The notes under the pieces: model-generated
Told to the model about the DNA's origin: nothing
What the model saw: only the letters and a program-made list of their open reading frames with translations
The model's database searches: none
Part shown: one piece after another, positions 59,757 to 64,000 of the stretch
Layout: the number at the start of each line of letters is the position of its first letter
How positions within the stretch are numbered: position 1 is the first letter of the stretch
DNA from: Spirochaetes bacterium ADurb.BinA120
GTDB taxonomy: Bacteria > Spirochaetota > UBA4802 > UBA5368
NCBI GenBank assembly: GCA_002069125.1
Contig: MVZN01000006.1
Coordinates: forward strand, 2,354 to 66,353
Length of the DNA stretch: 64,000 nucleotides
Direction of reading: 5' to 3'
Program-made: the position numbers and the translations under genes

Positions 59757-60123
59757 ACAGGCCGAGGGTCGCGCGAAGGGCAGCGTCGATAAGGATGAGC
59801 CGCCGCGCCGAGGCGGGACGTAGTTCATCAACGGTCGAAAGAAAGAGTGAACGCACCCGATCGGCGTATAAAAGGATGAACGGTCCGGTAAAGACCATGA
59901 CAACGCCGAGCCAGAAGACGATACATCCCACGCTCGAGCCGCCGGCGCAGGTAAGCGGCAGACCGGCGACAATGAGCATGGCGCCATGGAGGAAAAAAAG
60001 CCGATGGCTTATCCAGCGGCGCCAGAGGGCCAGCGACTTCGCCGGCACGATGGCCTCAATGCATCCCATTAAAACGAGAAGGCCGCCGAATATGAATATG
60101 TATAGATCCAGCACGCTATCCAC
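59719..60123 (-). CDS. Small membrane protein (DUF2065-like)
   Basis: Four hydrophobic segments; G..E..P...W pattern. Confidence 0.6.
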   Translation of the reverse strand: MDSVLDLYIFIFGGLLVLMGCIEAIVPAKSLALWRRWISHRLFFLHGAMLIVAGLPLTCAGGSSVGCIVFWLGVVMVFTGPFILLYADRVRSLFLSTVDELRPASARRLILIDAALRATLGLFMVFSYAHDAGF

Positions 60124-60299
60124 CGCCGTTTCGTGCGCTTATGGGTGGGGGCCTGGACATGGAAATCAAGCGAAAATAATGAGCTCGGGCGGGAAAATTC
60201 GTTGGTTTTTTTTATTGACATATATTTCTTTAAGAAAAACGAACCGACAGCGGTTCGATCCCGCCCATCGAGGGCGGCATATCATGAATTGAGGCAAAT

Positions 60300-62135
60300 A
60301 TGGCAATTGAGAAACGAGAGATAGTAAAATTCGCCAAGGCGAGAAAAAACCACGAGCTGGACGATGCCCCGGCGCCGAACCTTTACCGGGATATTTTTCC
60401 GTACGACAAGGTATGCCGCATCCCGTTCGGAAGCGAGATGATCCCGCTTGTGCCGGCCGCGAAATTCCGTCTTTCCGACACCACCTTCCGCGATGGCCAG
60501 CAGGCCCGCCCGCCGTATACGGTGGAGCAGATAGGGACCATCTTCGACTTCCTGCATCGTCTGTCCGGGTCGAAGGGGCTTGTAACCCACTCGGAGTTTT
60601 TTCTATACACCAAAAAGGACCGCGAGGCCGTTGAGCGCTGCCGCTCGAAGGGCTATTCCTTCCCGCGCATCACCTCGTGGATCAGGGCGAACAAAAAGGA
60701 TTTCGAGCTTGTCAAGGAGATGGGTATAGAGGAGACGGGCATCCTCACCTCCGTGTCGGATTATCACATCTTCCTCAAGCTGAACAAGACCCGCCGTGAG
60801 GCCATGGAGGAATACCTGGAGATAGTTTACGCCGCCCTCGAAAACGATATAATCCCGCGCCTGCACTTCGAGGACATCACCAGGGCGGATTTCTATGGCT
60901 TCGTCATTCCGTTCGCCCAGCAGCTTGTGCGGATAATGGAAAAGAGCAAGATCCCGGTCAAGATACGGCTGTGCGACACCATGGGCTACGGCGTGACCTA
61001 TCCGATGGCCGAGCTTCCGCGCTCGGTGCCCAGGATGATCCGCGCCATGATCGACGAGGCGGGAATGCCGGGGGAGCTCCTCGAGTGGCACGGCCATAAC
61101 GACTTCCATCGCGGATTTACAAACGCGACCTACGCGTGGATGTTCGGCTGCGAGACGGTCAACACTACGCTTCTGGGCTTCGGCGAGCGCACGGGCAATA
61201 CGCCGCTCGAGGCCATGGTCGTGGAATATATGTCGCTTACGGGCGATGACGAGGGAATCGACCTGACCGCGATCACAGACATGGCCCATTACTTCGAATC
61301 GATCGGTTTCAGGATTCCGGAGAACTATCCCTTTGTCGGGGCGGACTTCAACGTAACGCGGGCCGGCATTCACGTGGACGGGCTCATCAAGAACGAGGAG
61401 ATTTACAATATCTTTAACACCGAAAAGCTTTTAAAGCGGCCCATTGCCGTGGCCATCACCGACAAGAGCGGTACGGCCGGGATCTCACGCTGGCTTAACA
61501 GCCACCTCAGGCTGGACGGCGAGAACGCCATCGATAAAAAACACCCCGGCGTTGCGGGAATGCACAGGGAGATCCTGAGGCTTTACGAGACCGGGCGGGA
61601 AACCTCGATATCGAACGAGGAGCTGGCCAAGCTGGCCCGAAAGCACCTGCCTGAATTTTTCGTCTCCGAATTCGACCGGATCAAATTCCGTGAGAAAAAA
61701 TACGCCTTTTCGCTGCTCGATCGCTTCCTGGAAAACCCGAAAATTAAATCCATGCTACCGGCGGAACAGGAGGTCCTTCTTCAGGAGCTGGTCGATGAAT
61801 TCCCCTTCGTGTCCTTCGCTTATGTAGTCGATATCAATGGGGATAAGGTGACCAAACACGTAACGCACCTTTCGGACAGGTCCAAATACGACCGGCACCT
61901 CATCGACAGGAATTACGCGGACCGCGACTGGTTTATAAACGTAGTCAAGACCGGCAAGATTTACGTGTCCGACATCTTCACCTCGAAGATTACCGGAAGC
62001 CTTATGATAACGGTTTCGGGGCCGATAAGCGACGATAACGACAATCTGGTGGGCGTGCTCGGTCTGGATATACGCTTTGAGGATGTGGCCAAAATAGATG
62101 AGATGGAAGTGAACGGAAACCGGGAAGAAGCTTAA
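60300..62135 (+). CDS. Re-citrate synthase (DRE-TIM/HMGL-like) with C-terminal Cache/PDC-like domain
   Basis: PNLYRDIFPY, DTTFRDGQQA.PPY, EFFLYT.KD, HFEDITRADFYGF, EWHGHNDF, NVTRAGIH.DG match recalled clostridial Re-citrate synthase; C-terminal RDWF..V.TG..YVS....ITVS.P. Confidence 0.85.
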   Translation: MAIEKREIVKFAKARKNHELDDAPAPNLYRDIFPYDKVCRIPFGSEMIPLVPAAKFRLSDTTFRDGQQARPPYTVEQIGTIFDFLHRLSGSKGLVTHSEFFLYTKKDREAVERCRSKGYSFPRITSWIRANKKDFELVKEMGIEETGILTSVSDYHIFLKLNKTRREAMEEYLEIVYAALENDIIPRLHFEDITRADFYGFVIPFAQQLVRIMEKSKIPVKIRLCDTMGYGVTYPMAELPRSVPRMIRAMIDEAGMPGELLEWHGHNDFHRGFTNATYAWMFGCETVNTTLLGFGERTGNTPLEAMVVEYMSLTGDDEGIDLTAITDMAHYFESIGFRIPENYPFVGADFNVTRAGIHVDGLIKNEEIYNIFNTEKLLKRPIAVAITDKSGTAGISRWLNSHLRLDGENAIDKKHPGVAGMHREILRLYETGRETSISNEELAKLARKHLPEFFVSEFDRIKFREKKYAFSLLDRFLENPKIKSMLPAEQEVLLQELVDEFPFVSFAYVVDINGDKVTKHVTHLSDRSKYDRHLIDRNYADRDWFINVVKTGKIYVSDIFTSKITGSLMITVSGPISDDNDNLVGVLGLDIRFEDVAKIDEMEVNGNREEA

Positions 62136-62212
62136 GCGAAGCGGCGAATAACCGACCCGGAAGGGTCTTCGCGCACGGCGCGAGGCGGTGTTTGAGGACG
62201 GAGGCCGCCGGC

Positions 62213-62449
62213 CTATATGTATTGTTCGATGGTGCCGACGAGGGCGTCTTCCAGGTCCTCGAGGCAGGATAACCTCTCCTCGAAGGAAAGCGGTTCGAAG
62301 AGCTGAGATACAGGGTTCCCGACCACATCCGGCGACTGGTCCGTCACCTGGACAGATATCGTCGCGGAAACCGTAACTATCGTCCCGTTCAGCCGCCGCC
62401 GGGTCCGTATGGATAAAAGGGTGCTCAACGTCGCTCCGCCCCGATACAT
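62213..62449 (-). CDS. Possible small hypothetical protein
   Basis: The ORF fills the gap after the hydrolase gene and overlaps its stop; amphipathic acidic C-terminus; no recognisable family. Confidence 0.3.
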   Translation of the reverse strand: MYRGGATLSTLLSIRTRRRLNGTIVTVSATISVQVTDQSPDVVGNPVSQLFEPLSFEERLSCLEDLEDALVGTIEQYI

Positions 62450-63204
62450 CCATGGTTATGTGAAGCGATCCAGGCGGGGATTTCGGCCTTGAAAAGCCGC
62501 AGGTCCCCGTCGCGGGTCAGGTTGTGGTCCCCGTCGGGGATGAGGACGATACTCCGCTCGACCGTAAGGGCGTTCCGTAAAAATTCGGTATTGTTGACGT
62601 CCACCACGCCGTCCCGCGCGCCGTGGATGACCAGTGTCGGTACGGCCACAGAGCGGACGGCGGCATCCATATCGAGGCCCAGAGCCTCCCTGAAAAAACC
62701 ATTTCCTATCGGGACCCCGTCGATGACGGTCGTCCCCCCTTCGGAGAGTCCGGAGACATCGATCCCGCCCGACAGGCGGCCTATCAGGCCCGCAAGGTCG
62801 GCCGGTGTGGCGATGAGCGTGAGAGATCGCAGGGGCTCCGGCCGGGATGCGGCGTAGAGGAGGGAGATCACGCCTCCCATGCTCGAGCCGATCAGGTGCA
62901 AGTGGGTCAGTCCGCGCTCCAGCAGGTAGGATACGGCGGATTGGAGGTCCTGGACCTCCCTCATTATGGAGAATTCGCGGAAGCTTTCGGGCATTCCCGA
63001 TATGAACGAGAAGTCGAATGTGAGGAGCGTGAATTCGGACCGGACGATATCCGCCGCAAGGTTCACTATTTTATACGCATCCTTGGAGGAAAAGAGTCCG
63101 TGGCAGAAGATGACTCCTCCCCTGGGTGTTGCCCCGGGTGAGTACAGGCGTCCTCCAAGACGGTCGCCCCGATCGTTATGGATTTCGATTTCTTCGATTT
63201 TCAT
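62425..63204 (-). CDS. Alpha/beta hydrolase
   Basis: CHG, GSSMGG nucleophile elbow, IHG.RD, GDH. Confidence 0.88.
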   Translation of the reverse strand: MKIEEIEIHNDRGDRLGGRLYSPGATPRGGVIFCHGLFSSKDAYKIVNLAADIVRSEFTLLTFDFSFISGMPESFREFSIMREVQDLQSAVSYLLERGLTHLHLIGSSMGGVISLLYAASRPEPLRSLTLIATPADLAGLIGRLSGGIDVSGLSEGGTTVIDGVPIGNGFFREALGLDMDAAVRSVAVPTLVIHGARDGVVDVNNTEFLRNALTVERSIVLIPDGDHNLTRDGDLRLFKAEIPAWIASHNHGCIGAERR

Positions 63205-63214
63205 GTTGATTTAA

Positions 63215-63332
63215 TGCAAGCTCTTATAATTCGTTTTTCCCGCCCGCCTTCGGCAGGCGGAAAAACCTTAGTGCTGAATTTGCCGGTTCTTGCAATTTAT
63301 GGGAATCTTAAACTAAATTTTTAGAAATTCCC
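63215..63332 (-). repeat. Dispersed intergenic element, copy C (inverted relative to A and B)
   Basis: Reverse complement GGGAATTTCTAAAAATTTAGTTTAAGATTCCCATAAATTGCAAGAACCGGCAAATTCAGCACT...GGCGGGCGGGAAAAA...AAGAGCTTGCA aligns with A and B. Confidence 0.78.
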
Positions 63333-63462
63333 TTTATAAAGATCTTCATGGGCTGCCCTTTCACTGAATGATAGCAGATAGATGCTACTTAAACAATAAC
63401 ATTTTTGGTATTATTTTATTTATAGTATTAAAGAGATTTGAAGCTTTGGCCCATGCCCGCGT

Positions 63463-63924
63463 TCACGGAGACCGGGAGAGGCGTATTTCGGGTTCGAAAT
63501 ATCCGTCCGAAGAGCGCCCGTCGATGACGCAGCGCGTTGGAATGAGAACCAATACCGGGGACGCGGCAGGGCCGGTAAAGGAGGCCCTAAAGACGAAATA
63601 TGTCGATGAGGTTTTTGTGAAACCGGCGCCTGCCGGCGGGTAGGACGCGGAGGCGTCGTTCTTCATCTCGTAGATGTTTATCCGTAGCGCGTCGTCGCCC
63701 TCGAAGGTGTATATGCCCTTGAATACTACGGCGCTCGTATTCAAATGGATGACGCAGATTGACTGGTAGTTTTTTTGGAATGTAAAGCTATAGCCGTACC
63801 CCCCCCTGTATAGAAGCCGCCATGTTCCAAACAGGCGTGAGTGTTGGATCTTTTCCGCGGGGCTTAGTATCGCCGCGGGAAAAATGCAGAATATGACAAA
63901 GAGGGTGATGGCCCGGTTAAGCAT
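63463..63924 (-). CDS. Exported hypothetical protein (lipocalin-like beta fold?)
   Basis: Signal peptide; L.GTW motif; beta-strand-rich. Confidence 0.6.
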   Translation of the reverse strand: MLNRAITLFVIFCIFPAAILSPAEKIQHSRLFGTWRLLYRGGYGYSFTFQKNYQSICVIHLNTSAVVFKGIYTFEGDDALRINIYEMKNDASASYPPAGAGFTKTSSTYFVFRASFTGPAASPVLVLIPTRCVIDGRSSDGYFEPEIRLSRSP

Positions 63925-64000
63925 GCGGGAATATTAGGCCGGTGGAGGCGCCGGCGCAATTCTTTTTTGGAACGAAGGCAGTGGGGCGCTAAACGGATAC

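Noticed and set aside
60248-60265. GGTTCGATCCC resembling a tRNA T-arm
   Set aside because: No D-arm, anticodon arm or acceptor stem could be folded around it.

Overview
This is a GC-rich bacterial chromosomal window that spans the replication origin. It contains dnaA-dnaN-recF-DUF721(dciA)-DUF370-gyrB-gyrA on the minus strand. DnaA boxes lie on both sides of dnaA, and a Bacillus-like unwinding module (tandem DnaA boxes, GC spacer, DnaA-trios, AT-rich tract) sits between dnaA and dnaN. About 8 kb away, mnmG-rsmG carries two perfect parS palindromes inside rsmG, but no parAB follows. The rest is mostly housekeeping and metabolic genes: coaE, pyrF, purD, leuS, hypA, mog, cutA, uxuB-uxuA-LacI with a GH57-like gene, a TetR-TolC-MFP-RND efflux operon, a yedE-tusA-desulfurase-DUF3343 Se/S cluster, a PTS IIA-ClC pair, a Re-citrate synthase with a Cache domain, and a CoA-transferase-GNAT fusion. 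The gene content suggests a diderm, flagellated anaerobe, probably Spirochaetota; this is inference only. The least explained signals are: (i) a diverged ~115-120 bp intergenic element present three times, with terminal inverted repeats and a central GC hairpin (MITE/REP-like or a structured leader); (ii) a protein apparently built from tandem FliG C-terminal-like units; (iii) an SGNH-fold protein with substituted catalytic residues, coupled to a PC4-family ssDNA-binding gene near oriC; (iv) a very small putative diheme cytochrome c; and (v) an orphan N6-adenine methyltransferase. No rRNA, tRNA, CRISPR array or transposase was seen. All family assignments come from motif recognition by eye, not database searches.
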